DNA of 64,000 nucleotides from Camelus dromedarius (taxonomy: Eukaryota). The notes under the pieces were generated by a model that searched no databases, was not told where the DNA came from, and saw nothing but the letters and a program-made list of their open reading frames with translations. The DNA lies in NCBI RefSeq assembly GCF_036321535.1, contig NC_087436.1, forward strand, positions 119,104,001 through 119,168,000, in the 5' to 3' direction. Below, piece after piece: positions 38,001 to 53,000 of the stretch (position 1 is its first letter; the number at the start of each line of letters is the position of its first letter). The translations under genes and the position numbers were made by a program.

Positions 38001-41000
38001 TCCCCAACGGACAGCCCCTGAGAAACCTTCAGGAGAGGGCCTGGGCCTAATGCATGTGCAACTTGCAGCATACAGCAGGCACTCAATCAATGGTGGGAAA
38101 ACAAGCCACCTACAGCCCACCTGCTCCCTAATGCCCTGTAAGGACCGGCTCTACAACAGAAACAGTGAAAATCTTAAATCAAATCTTCATCAACACTTCT
38201 ACGAGTAGAAACAGAACGCCGTTTAAGGATTACAGCCAAACCTTGGAAATACTGTGGGTTTGGGTTCAACCACCGCAATAAACCAAATGTCCCAATTAAG
38301 GCATCAATGGCTTTTGCATTTTCCAGTGCATGTGAAAATACAGTTACACTACACTGTCGTCTATTAAGTGTGGGATAGCAATGTATCTAACAGGAACAAT
38401 GTTTAAAACTTAATTTAAAAAGTCTTCATTGCTAAAAATGTTACATTAACTGAACCTACAGCAAATTGCATATCTTTTGCAGTTACAACATTAAGATCAC
38501 TGATCCCAGATCCCCATAACAAATCTAATACAATGAGATATTTGAAATATTGTGACACAGAGATGGGAACTGAGCAAATGTGGCTCGAGGAATGGTGCCA
38601 GTAGACTGCTCTATGCAAGGTTGCCATAACCTCCAATTTGTCACACACACACACAAAGCAGTATCTTCAAAGCTCAATAAAGGGAAGAATGTGAAGTAAG
38701 GTGCGCCTGTAGTGAGAATGAGGATCCCATATTTTACCTAAGTCTTTAAATTTTTAAGGCTTCTCCATAGCACCATCTTTAACAGAAATCATTGTTTAAT
38801 GAATTTCATGGTCCACTGTGTCAGTAAATATACCACACTGGACGGATGTGCATCTATAGTAGTCGCAGTGCAAGAAATATAAAAACCTTGCAGATCAGAA
38901 CATGGGTAAGAATCGCCCTCACCTGGTGACGGCATGCTTAATTTAGGTAAAACCAGTCTTTTAAATGCTGAGCCTCCGGACCCGAAGTAAGAGGTGGACT
39001 TGCATCTTATTGATAAAGAGAAAGGGACGTCAGAGGGGAAAAGGGAGGCGACGCAGGGAAAAGGTGTGTGGAGGGAGGAGCTGAGTCCCAGGTGTGCGCT
39101 GACTAGCATATGACCTTGAATGAGGCGCTGAGCCTCTCTGCACCTCAGTTTGCCCATATTTCAAATGAGGGGCTGGGATCAGAGGTCCCTGAGTCCCTTC
39201 CTGCCCCGAGGTAGCCCAGACCCCTGAGGGCGCAAGCCCGTCCCCACCCCCGGCCAGGCCGGCTCCCTCTGGGCCGAGACGACACGAGCACTGAGAGGAC
39301 CCCCTTACCATTCAGCTCTCTCAGCAGCACCACGGGCCTGTGCCGCAGCGCCAGCCCACTCCTCTGGCGCAGGCCGGCGGTGAGTGTGCGGGGTCCCAGC
39401 AGCAGCCAGAGCACAGGGCGGACAACGGTGGTGTCGTTCAGTGTGAGGTTGTCCCACAAGGCCCAGTCGAAGTTGTTCCAGAGCCGCCGGTGGAGCATGA
39501 CCTGCAGGGAAGAGCTGTGTGACAGGCCCCGCCTCGCCCCTGCCGCGCCCCCGGGGGTCCGGAGGGGCCTCCTCCTACCTCCACCTGCCCGCTCCTCTGG
39601 CTGGAGACGCCGTGGGCCCGCTCCGACAGCAGCACGAGCCGGCTGCCTCTGTCCTGGATGAAGGCCGCCTGGGCCATGGGGTAGTAATTCTGTGGACAGA
39701 AACACTGCCAGGCTGGCTGTAGGGGCCAAGGGCCTGGTAGGACACCTGGTCTGGATCACCTCTGGCCCCCGAGCCAGCCTCCCGCACAGGCACGGTGGCT
39801 GCTCAGTGTGGTGTTGGTGGCCAGGGTTTGGGGATCTGACGTTTTAGACTGACCGACTTGGATTGAAATTCAGCTCTTCTGCTTCTTGACCATATGAGAT
39901 GGGGACTCAGATGCCTAAGCCTCAGTTTCCCGATCTGTAACATGGGGTCAAACCACCCCACACAACTCCTTCAGGGGGGAATGAAGGGGTGTGTGCCAGT
40001 CCAGGCTGAGATCAGCCCTCGGCCGCTGGTTGCGAGATAGAAAAGGGGCTGTGTCCGGGCTGGAACAGTGGTCGCAGAGGCAAGACCACTTTGCTCTGTT
40101 GGGGCAAGACGTCCTGGGCTGACGGCCTTGGTCTCTCTGGAGCCTCGGCCACAGTGGGTGAGAAGCAGCCAATAGAAATGACGGGGAATGAAACTCAAGG
40201 AAGGTAGAGCAGGAAGGGGCCACAACCCCCACACGGGGTCCCCTGGAAGGAGGAGGAGCTAACGCTGATTGAGGCATAAGAGGTGCCCCGCACAGCCCTG
40301 CACCTGGATGTCCCAGCTGACCCCCAGATTTCTGAGGGGAGGTCACTTCCTTTCCCAGGAGAGCACAGAAGCCCAGGGAAGCCAGGTGACCTGCCCTTGG
40401 TCACTCTGCTGGATGCAAAGGGTCTGGGAGCTGAACTGATTTCGGAATTGAGGCTGTGTTTGCCATTTCACCAAGCGGCCTGGCAGTGGGTCTACTGAGA
40501 GGAGCCAGTGAGGGTCCAACCCCGCTCAGGCCTAGACAGGCATCATCTGCTTATCCCCAGAGTGACCCCCAGTGAGGCGCTCATCTGACAGAAGAGGACC
40601 CGAGGGGCACACAGGAGACCTCAGAGACTTCCCTCACACGCGGTGGCACCAGAGCTCGGGCACAGGTCTGAACAAGCCTGGGCCTCACCCACTAACGGCA
40701 CATGTCGGGCAGCGGAGGTTCAGAGAGACGCTCTAGACTCCGCTGCTGACCGTGGGCGCTCACAGGGGTCCCTCCCGCCCGCTGCAGAAGCGCCATCGGC
40801 GCTGCGTCTGCGGGCCCTGTGCCCACGGGGCGCCGCAGGGCCTACCCGGGAGACACTGTTGTTCGCGTAGTTTCTGTAGGTCCTGCGCTGCATCTGGTAG
40901 CCGTTGTTGTCCGAGTAGAGAACCCGCTGAGTGTTCAGATCGGTGCTGGTCCTCAGGATGGCCTCGCGGTTCAGCTCCAAGGGGCCCACCCGGCACTCCT

Positions 41001-44000
41001 GCTCTATGCGGTGGCAGAGCAGCTCCCCGCCAGAGCCCTGAGGCCCGCGGGCCAGCCGGGTGTAGATGGCGTGTGTGTGGTCAGTGTCGTTCACCTGCCT
41101 GGAGGGGAAGCAGAGTGGGTGAGTCAAGCTCTGGCAGCTTCTGGACGGCCCTGCCTTTGGACAGGAAGGAAGGGGGAGGGCACGGCCATTCAAGGAGGAA
41201 CAGCAGCCAACACCAGGAGAGCGGAAGATCCCGCTCCCAGCAGGCCCCGAGGCCCAGGATGGCAGGAGACCTGACTTCCAGGAGACTCGCGCTCACCACA
41301 CGCCCACTGTAGCCCGTGAACGTGGTGAATGAGTCTCCCCACGGGCGCCAGGACACTTCTGAGGCTGACAATAAAAGGTCAAAAAGTGGGTGGTGGCTCA
41401 GCTACTGCGAATCCCAGCCTCTTCCCCAAAGTAGTTGGAAAAACCCTCCCATTTGTTAGCATATAAAGTTACTGAGCCCGTAAAAACTAGCAGCCCCGCA
41501 CCCCGGGGCCGCTCGCGCTCCTGAGCGAGACGCCCGCACGCTGTCTGCGGAGTGTGAGTCCACTTCTGCTTTAAACTGAGCATCCAACCCCACGCCTCAC
41601 AGCCTTTCCCTTGCCTTCTGAAATAGCCCGCATTCTGTCTATGGAGTATGTAGCTTTCAGAATAAACCCACCTTTACTGAGCCGTGGCTCACCCTCGAAT
41701 CTTTCCTGCTTGAAGCCTAGGACGCACACGTGGTGGGGTGTGTCCCATAGACTCAGCTGAGAGCTGGGACGTGGTCATTTTCTCGCCCCACATTTTTTCC
41801 TGTGTCACCTTCTTTCCTTCCTACCTTACTTCCCTCCCTCCCTCCTTGCTGCAGGCAGTGCAGGGCAGGCAGAGAGCCCGGGTCCCTGATAGTGCTGAGC
41901 ACCAGCCAACCTGGGTGGCTCATGTCTGTGCTGTTAATGAGAACACCAGAGCTGCTCTGGTATGTAAGTCACTGCCACTATGGGTGCTGGTCCCACCTCT
42001 GGACTTAGATGCACCAAGATGACACAGCACAGCCAGGTCTGCAGAGATTCGGGGCAGTTCATCACTTCATTAAACTTTCATCGAGGAACGACCGAGTGCC
42101 AAGCACAGAACTAGGAGCTGGGCATCTGCAGCAAGGATGGACCCTCATTTCCCCAAGCACCTGCCCAGCCAGCGTCCTCTGCGCACAGCCAGAGGGGCCG
42201 ACCTCACCTGTAGAAGAACTGCCGGATCTCGGTCATGAGCCGCCCCTCTACGATCTCCATCCCCACAGCTTCCCACGCTGGCTCTGCGGCACCTTTGGGC
42301 GTAAACACGTAATTATCTGAAATAAGACCGTCTTCCTCATCACCGTTCACGTGGTACTCCATGAACTCCTGGGTCACGCGTACTGTGCGGTTACTCTGCC
42401 TGCAGAGGCGGGAGAGAGAAACCAGTATGACCGTGGGGGACAATGTCTCTCGGGCATTATCCCTGTGCTGGGAACCACGCTCACAATCCCTGTATGCAGA
42501 CACCAGCCTCGAACCAGGAGTGAACAAAAATACCCTCCACAGAGCCTAAGGGACAGTTTCGAGGACACTCGATGACACACATGCACCTGGTTTGTAGACA
42601 AGCCTCTAGACCATTGTCGTCCCCGCCTCCCCGCCTCGTGCTGTCTGACTGAAGGACTGGACTTCCGCTGAGCCCCGTGAGGGGAGTCCTGGTCTGTGCC
42701 TGCACAGCTGCTGACAGCTGACTGAGCTCCAGGTGACACTCCCGTCACGCCAACGCCCCCTCTCCCTCCTCTCCTCTGTCTCCCCCTTCCCCCTCCTTCC
42801 TCCCCTTGGCTTTCTGCCAGGGGCTCCTCCCAAGCTTCCTGTTCCTCCCAAACTCTGCTCCTGTCAGGAGGCACATGAGGAAACAGAAGTGGCTGTCTTG
42901 GAAGAGGCCGCTGAGGAGGAATGAAAACTGCCTGGGATGTGACAGGAGGATGGACGGGGCAGGGGGTGCTCCAAACACTGGGAGGTCTTTCCTGGGGGTC
43001 AGATGCCTTCTCTGCTGTCAACCAATAGCTGCTGTTGATTAAACATGTGAATAAATGGGTGGACAGACGGATGGCGGGGTGGATGGACGGGTGTGTGGAT
43101 GGAAGATGGATGGGTGGATGCATGGATGAGCGGCGGGGCGAGTGGAGAGATGGATGCGGCGATGGGTGGATGCATGGATTTTATGTTTCTCCAAATTTAA
43201 AATAGTGGGTACCATGACTACTATATTTCCCCTAGGGAGGATCTCTCAACATTCCTTTTTCCGTGGATTCACACCTTAGAAATGAACAAGCTCAGGAAAG
43301 CCTTCCTTGCCCTAGCCTAGGCGCGCACGCCTGGACATCAGCTCGGCACTGAGGGCCTTCAGCACCATCAGGTCCTTCCCAGGCCCCCAGGCCGGGGAGG
43401 AAATGCAGGCCCGGTGCGGGCAGGGCACGCCAGGCCCCAGGGCGCTCCTCGCCTCAGAGCCAGCGGTGGCTGCACCTCACCTCTCCCAGACGCTGTGCAT
43501 CAGGTTGGTCTCCTGGTCCAGGAACACAGTGTAGCAGTCATTCTTCACAGGCACCAGGCGCCTGCCCAAGTGCCTGGCACGTCCCCTGAGCCTGCGGCCA
43601 AACTGGATGGCGCTGGTCACGGTGGCGACAGCCTCCTGGGTGTCCTCATGGGCCCTCTCGATGGGCCTGATGCTGTAGTGCTGGTAGCTGAGCCCCGGGA
43701 TCGTGGTCAGCACGTGCAGGGCATGTGCGGGTGGGGTATCCTCTGACTTCTGGACCTGCACGGCCAGCGGGATGGGATGAAATGATGGACGTCAGGACTG
43801 GAAGATGCCTCAGTGTCCTTAGTAACCCGCGGCTGCACGCCCACAGGATGGAGTGCCTGCTGCCCGCTGAGGCAGCAGGGTCGTCCATCCCTGGGCTGAG
43901 CTGGGTCCCCTCCCTGCACCCTCCCTGCTCGGCAGGACCCAGGCCCAGCCTCCTCTCCCTCCTGCCCCCCTTCTGCTCTGGGGCCTGCAAACTGGCCGCC

Positions 44001-47000
44001 TTTCTGTCCGGCCCTCGCTGCAGTGTCCTGCCCTGAGCCTGTGCTCACACTGTCCCCTCTGCCTGCGGGGCATCCTTTTTGGAGGGAGCGCCCTTGTCTC
44101 TCATTCCTCCAACTTCCCCGAGCGGGGAGGTGTTCAGGGTTTCCCTCCTGCCCTTTCCCCACCCCCACATTGTCTGATTAAGGAAGGGGGTCGGAGGAGG
44201 ACACCGAGGACCTGCAGGGGGGACCCTCACTCTCTAGAGAAAAGGTGCCTCTCTGAGCCCCTCCACCTGGCCTTTCTCTGAACTAAAGCAGCTACACTGT
44301 CCCACCGCACACCCCCCACAGCTGTGCTGAAGGCTTCCCTCCGCCACAGTTACCATCCAGCATGGGCTGTATTTTCTTATTTTGTTTCCTGCCTGGTTCC
44401 CCTGCTAGAACATGAGCCCTGACGGCAGGCACTTTGTCTCCTTGGTTACTGAAGCTTCTCCAGCACCTAGAGTGAGGCCTGACACACAGCAGGGGCTCCA
44501 GGAACCTTTAAGTGCCTTTACTCTTGGTGGGTGTTGCCTGTGGGTGCGGAAGGGGTGCATGTGCTGAGTCTGCTCAAGCCAGCACCCTCTTCTCCCCCGC
44601 GTCCACGGAGGGGAGCTGCTTCCTCCGCCTCCTGGCCCAGCTGAGGGCTGCTGCCCAGGCCCGCGGGTGACCGCTGCACACCTTGACTCTCCGTTCCTGT
44701 GTCTGCTCCCTGACCCCCGCGGTGACTCCAGTGTCCAGAGCCCAGCACTCAGCCCAGGCCCAGGCCCAAAATGGGCACTGGAGAGTGTTCCCTGAATGTC
44801 TGCCTCACGGCTGCACCTTCTCTGCCTCTCCCCTGGAGGGTCGGCTGGCTGACAGGTAGGTGCCCTCTGGAAGCACCTCCAGCTCCAGGTCCTGGAAGGA
44901 GATGAGGACCACACTCTGCCGCTGCCTGTCTGGGTGTCGCAGAGACAGGCCGCCCGTGCCCAGCCCCTAATGCAGCACCTCTTTCAACATCTGCTTTAAG
45001 AATCCCGACGGCCTTCCCCACACAAAGTGGAAATTCCTCAGGATGTATCTATTCGACATGCAACAGAGGAGGGGGCGCCTCCCGTGCCGCCCAGACCTCC
45101 CTGAGACCTTCCAGGGAGAGAACAGAAGAGTCATTTTTGGCCAAATCAGATGCCCAAAGTCAGTCCCCTGGGTGGATCCCAGTGACCCTGATGGATGCCC
45201 ACCCCAATGACAATGTTCTCACAGTGACAGTGGGGTTGTCACCTCTTCACTTTAAAGGCTCCCACTTCTGTGGGTGCCCAGCCCAGAGCAGGTGCACCTC
45301 CGGCCGCAGCTCCCGCCCATACCTGTGCAGGCACCGGGCGGCCTGACTCGTCCGTGACGCTGACCTCAGAGAAGCCCACAGTCAGGGTGACGATGGTGGT
45401 GACTGTCCAGGCCAGGGGGTTGTAGACCACGGCAAAGAGGCCCCCAGGCTCTGGGCCTGCACACAGAGGCAAGGCTTTATTGCTGCCATCTGACTCACTC
45501 GGCACACGTGAGTGCACCAGGGAAGATGAGAAACAGGCAGGTGAGGCCGGCCCTGCAGAGCCCGGGGGAGAGGGACATGCAGACACGTGGTGCTCACGCA
45601 CGCAGCGCCCCACACTCTCTTCATCCTGCCGCCCTGGCCCCCAGGCAGGGGAGGTGGGAACAGAACGCAGTGTCCCTCTGGAAGCTCAGGGTCCATGGGC
45701 TCCTCACGCATCTCTCCCTGCCAGCCCCACTTCACTGGTGAGGACACCAAGGCCCAGAGGGGTAGAGTCACCTGCCCAAGGTGGCCCAGCTCCTAGGGCC
45801 CGGCTCCAAAGCTTTGAGCGCTTGGCATTCAAGGAGTGGGGAATTCTCTGGAGCCTGGAGGGTCAAGTTCAATCACCTAGCTCAGCACTGGAGGCCCCTG
45901 CGAAGTGGGTCTGGATTCCCTATCTGTTCCATCCTGTACCGCATGTGCCCTAAGCGCATCCACGTCCGATGACCCCCAGGTCCCTGAGCACATCACACGG
46001 TTCCAGCCGCCAGTCTCTGCCCGGCAGTTCCGGGGCTGTGATGCCCTTCTGGTGTCTCCACCTCCCCCTTGCTCGGGGGAGCCGCCCTTGTGAGCTCAGG
46101 GGGATGGAGTGCACCCCCCCCCCCAGAAGGGAATCCAACCCCAGTTCTAGCTCTCTTTCTGAGACTGTCTGTCCTTGGATCCTCGTCTCTGTGGACAGGG
46201 TCCTGTCACCTGCACCCTTGGTCCCCAGGGCCCTTCCCGAGTCCGAAGCTAGAATGGGATTATAACTAGACCCTGAGGGGAAGGAAGAGCAGGTCAGGTG
46301 AACGGTGAGGACACAGGGGAGCTGCACAGTGACCGAGAGTGGCCTGAGTGTGGAGCCCTGGGGATGGAGCAGCCGCCTTGGGGACAAAAAATCTCGTGCA
46401 CTTGTGGGGAGACCAGCGTGTCCTTCGTTGCCCAGGACTCTCTGGGGTGAATCCCCTCGGTGCCAAGCAAACGGGTGCGATGAGCCGCTCCCCACAGGTG
46501 AAACCCTCAGATCAAAGGGGCTGGTGCAGTGGCAGCCCTGCCACGATCTGTGCCCAGGCTGAGCTCAGGAGCCAGTGCTGGGAGCCAGGCTGGGCCAGGT
46601 CCCTGAGGACACCTGCATCCTCTCTGCAACGCTGGGCAGCACAGGCCTAAGGGTCCACACCCTACCTGTGTGACCCTGGGCAGGTCCACAGCCCTCTGTC
46701 TGTGCGTGTCCTCAGCTATACAGTGAGGACGGTAACAGTTCCAGCTTCAGAGATGTGTGAGGCAACACATTAAATTCTGCATGAGGAGTGCTGAGCAGAT
46801 GCCAGGCCCTGTTAGCATTGTTCCTGCCTCTGTCTGTCACACCGGCCCTCCCTCAGTCACAGAGAGGAAACAGAGCCTCCGAGAAGTGAGTCCCCTGCCC
46901 AAGCGCACAGCCAGGTTAGGGGCCACAGCTGGGATGGACACCCAGAGTCTGAAGCTCAGGCGGTCTGGACCCCTCCCCAGCCCCCAGGAACTCTTCTCAG

Positions 47001-50000
47001 AAAAGGACAGAGCCCCTGCCCGACCACCGCGTCCACCTCAGGGGCCTCGCTTACCTGAGTGGGCTGGGGTCCTGTCCTGGATGATGGAGGCCATCAGCTT
47101 GTGCACACCCTGCACCCCTGCGCTCAGATGTTCCACTAACATGTCTGTCACGTTGGGGGTGTGAGTCCCAGTGATGCCGTCGTGGTGCTGGACCTGCAGC
47201 CCCCGGCCAAGCAGGGGAGGAGTGGGGTCAGGACCTGCCTCTGCCGAGCGCCTACTATCTTGGCACCCGCTGGGCACTGGCTCTCATCCTGCTGGCCAGC
47301 TGCTGGTGGAGAAGGTGGGGTTCCCCACCCTTTACAGAAGAGGAAGCTGAAGTCAGAGAGGCTGATGAACTTGCCCAACGTTTTCTGACTTTGTGGAAAC
47401 CCATACCTGAGTCCTTGACCTTGGGCAGGGAACAGACTTCTGCAGGGCAGCCACCCCCGCTTCACCTCCATGACCCAGTCTTCCCGTAAGTGCTGCTAGC
47501 CTGCTCCACCGCTCCACACATAACCCTGGCACTTGTCTCCACTGTGTAAGGATAGGATTAACTCCTCTTCACAGAGGAGAAACTGAGGCTCCATGAAGGG
47601 AAGCCACGATTCCGCCCACTGTGAGGGACACTAAAGTCAATCCACTTCACCCCACACAGTGACTGGTTCTGCCAGCAATTCCCTTTAGGTAACACGAATG
47701 TCATGGCCCGTGTAACTCAATTCTGATTGTGTGATGAGACAAGATACAGGACTTCTTGGGTCTCAGTTTCCCCATCTGTACAGTGGGGTCAAATAGAGGC
47801 AGAAGTTCATGAACAAGTTCCTTTGTGGCAGCCACCGAGGCCAGAGGTTTATGTGCCTTACCACATTTAATTGCCGCCCTCAGTGATTTTCATTATACAA
47901 GAATGGAATTAGGGCTCAGAGAAGGAAAGCCACCTGCCTGGGGCCCAGAAGTGAGCTGATGTCAAATCCAGGCAGGAATGTTGGACACCAGTGCTTCTCC
48001 ACTTTGCCCTTGAGTCTGGCTCTAAAGCTTATTGAACCCACGAGGTGGACACCGGCAGACCATGGTCCTCGCCTTGGCCCAGCGGCTTCACGCACGGGCC
48101 TCGTGACCCAAGGAGACCTCAGTGTTCTCATCTGTAAAGTGGACTCTAGTGACCGGGGCCTGGGAGGGTCTGTGACCTTGGGAGGGGAAGTGCACCGCCA
48201 GGGGGTTCCAATCCTGTGCTGTGGCCGAGACGTGGGCGTTACCTCCGAGACTGCCCAGCGCAGCTGCTGGAGCCGCTTCAGGGCCCAGGCCGGGTCCAGG
48301 AACCGGTGGGGAGCCGGCCACATGCAGCGTGTGAACATGGACTCCCCGGCGTACAACAGAGCGCTGGCTCGCCTCGCCAGGCCTTTCAGCACGCTTCGGG
48401 ACGTGTAGAATCCGGTCCAGGACTTTAAGAGTTCTGGGAGAGGAAGGCCGGTAGTGACTGTCAGGTCCTGCCCGCGGAGCCCCCAAGCCCTGGTCCAGAA
48501 GGAAGATGGGATCAGAGATGGTAGGTTCCTACCACGTCACTCAGGGTGGCAGCTCAGGGCGGGTACTGATCTCATGTTTCTACCTCAGCCTGGCCAGCAA
48601 TTGCCCAGGAGCCCTGCAGGGCCGGGGCAGGTGGGAGGGTCCGGCCGGCCTGGGGCAGGCGTGGAGAGGCCTGGGAGCTGAAGGGCTGGGATGGGGACAA
48701 GAAAGCCCAGTGTGCACCTGGGACTCTGGGGCGGCCTTGTGAGCAAGGGCCCCGGAAGACCTCAGGGGAGGAGAGTGAGATGAGGGTGAGGAGGGCAGGA
48801 CCCGGAGGAGGCCCCGCTGTGTGACTCCGAGGGGAAAGGGACCCTGGACAGGCCTGCGGGGTCCCTCTGGCAGCCCAGCGAGGAGGGCTGGGAGGGGAGG
48901 GAGAGATAAGGGAGCCCAGTGGCCGCCGTCCTGACGCTGAACTGAGAGCACAAGCCGAGCACCCCTGGGGCCAGGCTGTGTCCCAGCAGGTGGTCTGGTG
49001 TTCCCTCCTGTTCCCTCCTCCTGCCTCCTCCTGGGGCTGGGCTGGGCCTCCGTTCCCTGTTCTTTCCCCACAGGACCTGGGTCAGACCATGATGGGTAGT
49101 CACTTGGTCTGGGAAAGGCCACAGGCTGTGGGGCCAGGTGCACGGGTCCTCCCCAGCTCCTCCCCAACTCCCCCCCAGGCCTAGAGTGTCCATGTCAGAC
49201 AGAGACCTGCACAGCCTTGGCTCTGAGCAGGCACCAGTCGGCCAAAGCCACTCACGATCCCGCTGCCCTCAGATCAGGACCCAAGCCTCCTCGGTGCTGT
49301 CCAGTCTCTGGGTAAACGGTGCCTCCTCCAGGGAGCAGCCCGGTAGCCCCGCCCACCCCGCCACCCACAGGGCTTCTCCACAGCCCCTCCCACCTGGATG
49401 TAGCCACTCCCACACAGACGTAACTCCTCCTGTCTCAACATAGCCCTGCCCACATCGTCGTACCCCCTCCCACCTCAGGTGTAACCAGGCCCACACGGAG
49501 GTTTCCACTCCCACCTTGACCGGCACCCCGCCCACTAGGCGGAGCCCCTCCCACCTCTGCCAGAAGTCAGCCTTCCCCAAACTGCTTTATCCAATGGGGA
49601 GTGTCCTGAGAGCCATGTAGCTCCCTCTTCCCACCGCTCACGTGAGAGGCCGAGGCCCAAGAGGCACAACCAACCCAGGTCTGGGGGAGTCAGAACAACA
49701 CTCGGGGAGGAACCAACCCTGAGCTGGCTTCCTGGTGTCTCTTTGGAGAGGAAGAAAATGAGAAGGGCAGGGGTTGCCGCCCAGCCATCATAAGGGTGAC
49801 CCTTAGGCCTCCTGAGAACTCACTTCACCGATGAGGGAACGGGGGCTCAGGAAAGTGACATCACGTAAACCCAAAGCCACCCAGCGCCTGAGGGGAGGAG
49901 CTGTGATCCAAACCCAGGTGAACTTCTGAATCACAGCCTGGGGCCAGCCCTCCTGAGGCACTGTGCCTGCTGGTCGTTGAGGGAAGGCAGGGGAGAGGTC

Positions 50001-53000
50001 TTGGACATTCTTAGCTCTAGGTTCCCTGGCCTGGTGTTGAATGTTAAGCTAGTGGATGCCCCTCTAAGCCTGGGTTTCCCACATGTCCCGTGAGGATAGC
50101 CACACATCTCCACTCTTCCTTCCAAAACCACTCCTTCAGGTGAGTGAGCTCAGCATGGAAGCCAGTGCTGGGAAAGCTGGCTGGGAGGTGGGGGCTGCGT
50201 TCGGATCCTGGGCTGTCCTCGATTATGGTGCGCTGTCCCCATTCCACCCCCACTCCTACCCCCTCGAATCCCCTTGGCTTTTCCTTATGTGCAAAGTCGA
50301 CGTAGGACTAGATGGTTCCTTCAAAGCTCTGTTTTTTAATGCAATAAAGATGTTAGATGGTTCAACAAGTTGGCCAACATCATCCTTGCTGATTCTCTTA
50401 GACAAGACTTGGTGTAGTGTTGGGGGTGCTGGCTTGCAGACAGAGGTCTGCAGGGATCTCAACGTGGAGGGGCAGGTGGTGATAGGCCTGGGAGGGGTGG
50501 CAATGCTGTGCTGCCTTCAAGGCACCTCAGGCCCTGAGCAAGCTTCCTCAGGAGGGCCTGCACAGATCGTGTCCAGGAAGGGACCTGATACCACCAGACA
50601 GTGATGATGTCATAATTATTAACATTTACATTCTGCTGAGCCCTTCCTGTGGGTCAGACGCTAGGCTAAGAGCTCTTCTTGTCTCATTTCATGTTTATAC
50701 TCGATGGACTAAGCGCCATTAATATCCCTGTTTTCCTGAGAGAGGATGGTTCCATGATATGCACGTAGCCATGTAGTAAGTTCACTCTAAGAGCTTTCGC
50801 CTTTTAGGTTGTGCTGTCTGTATCCAAAATGGCCCTGGCCTCCAGGACACAGGATTGAGGGAAACAAGCCCAAAATAACTGTATGTTATTTGAAGAAAAC
50901 TGGGGCCCTTGGGTTAGGAGGAGCCAACTGAACTAGCCTTAATATCAAAAAAGGCTTCCTGTAGGAGGTGACACTACAAGATAAGCAGGACTTTTGCAGG
51001 AAGAGAAGGGGTGAGGAGGGTATTGCTGGAAGGTACTACTGCAGTGAAAGGCACAGAGACAGGAACCTGCTGTGTGTGTGGGCAACGGTGAGAGGTGTGG
51101 TGTGGTGGGAACCAGGCTGTGTGTCTAGGTGGGTCAGGGAGGTGGGGGTAAGGCCTGTCTCTGCCTCAGGGCTCCAATCAGGGCCGATGAGACGCTGATG
51201 GGTGAGGCCTCTTACCTCGCTGGCACCAAATCACCACCCCAACTCCCAGAGGCTCATACCTGAGGAATAGGGCAGGAAGTCTTGGTGGTTGTGGACTTGC
51301 CATGAAACATTATGTGAGTATACAGCTCGGAAGTAGCCACCCAGTGTGGCGTACTCTATCGAGACACTGAAGCGGGATGTGCGGCTGTTGATATAGTCCA
51401 ACAGAAGGTCCATGTTGACAAACTGCTCTGAGGCGTTGAAGAACTGCCTGTCACATCCCTGTAGGTGGGGGAACAGGGGCAACGCCCTGCATTTCTGGGA
51501 GCAGAGCCCAGTCTAAGCAGGGTAAGAGCCTCCCTACCACCAATAACCACCCTCCCCTTCTCCATGGTGGGCAACAAGCTCCCAAACCAGCTCCCAGGCT
51601 CTATCTTGTGGGTATTTCTCTCTGTCTTTATGTTTGTCTGTCTGTTTCTCTCTTTATAATGTTTTACATTACATCCCCTGTATTTGTTTCTTACATTTGC
51701 AAGTTTGTACCTCTTCACTATCTTCTCCCATTCTCCAATGCCCTCAACCCCACCTACAGCAACCATAAATCTGACCTCTTTTTCTGAGTCTTTAAAAAAT
51801 AAATCACATGTAATTGTGATCATACAGCTTTTTACTTTCTGTGTCTCATTGATTACACATCCTGACCGTTCCTTAAAGCCCATCGATATAGCTAATTAAT
51901 AATGATGTTTATTATAATAATATAATAACTATGAATAAAAGTGAGAATAGCTTGCTTAAATGTACTGACCTAAATCTCATCCTCAAAAAAGTAGTCAGAG
52001 TCAAAATTGATAAATTCCTTGAAATATATAATATATTAACATTGAATCATGAATAAGTAGAAAATGTGAACAGATGAATTACTAGTAAAAAAAACAGCCA
52101 TATTCAGAAACTTCCCAAGAAACAAAAGATCATTTTTGCTGGTGATTTCTATCAAACATTGAAGGGGAATTAATACAATTTTTCTCAGTCACTCTTTTCA
52201 AAAAAAAAAAAAAAAAAAAAAGAAGAGGATGGAACACTTACAATATAATTTTAAAAGGCCAACTTTACCTTGACACCGAATCAGACAAGTAAGTCTCAAG
52301 AAAGAAAATTATAGGTCAGTTTCCCTGCTGAAGAGAAATTCCAACATTTTCAACAACCATTAACAGAACAAATCCAACAATACAAAGAAAACAATGTTAC
52401 ACCATGATCAAATGGGATTTATTCCAGGAATGCAAGGATGGTTCAACATCCACTGCATTAACTAAATGGAAGATAAAAATTATATGGTCATCTCAACAGA
52501 TGCAGAAAAAGCATTTGCCAAAATTCAACTCCATTGTTGATAAAAACTCTCATTCAAATGGAAATAAAGGGAAGGTACCTCAACATAATATAGGCCGTCT
52601 GTGATAAGCCCACCTCTGACATCATAACTAATGATGAGAACTTGGAATCTATTCCTCAAAGATCAGGAAAAAGACAAGGATGCTCACACTTAGCCCTTTT
52701 ATTTAGCGTGATATTATAAAGCATGACCATAGCAATTAAGAGAGGGAAAAAAAGGGCATGAAATTGGAACAGAAGAAATAAAATTGTCACTATTGGTAGC
52801 CAAAATGATATTACACATGGAAAACTCTATGTAAAGCTTAGAATTAATAAATTCAGCAAAGTCACAAGATAAAAAAATCAATACACATAATCATTTGTTG
52901 ATTAGTGTTTCTATACCAGAATAACTATTAGAAAGAGAATGAAGAAAACAGCACAAATCACTGTTGATTAGCATTTCTATACATGAATAGTTATCAGAAA

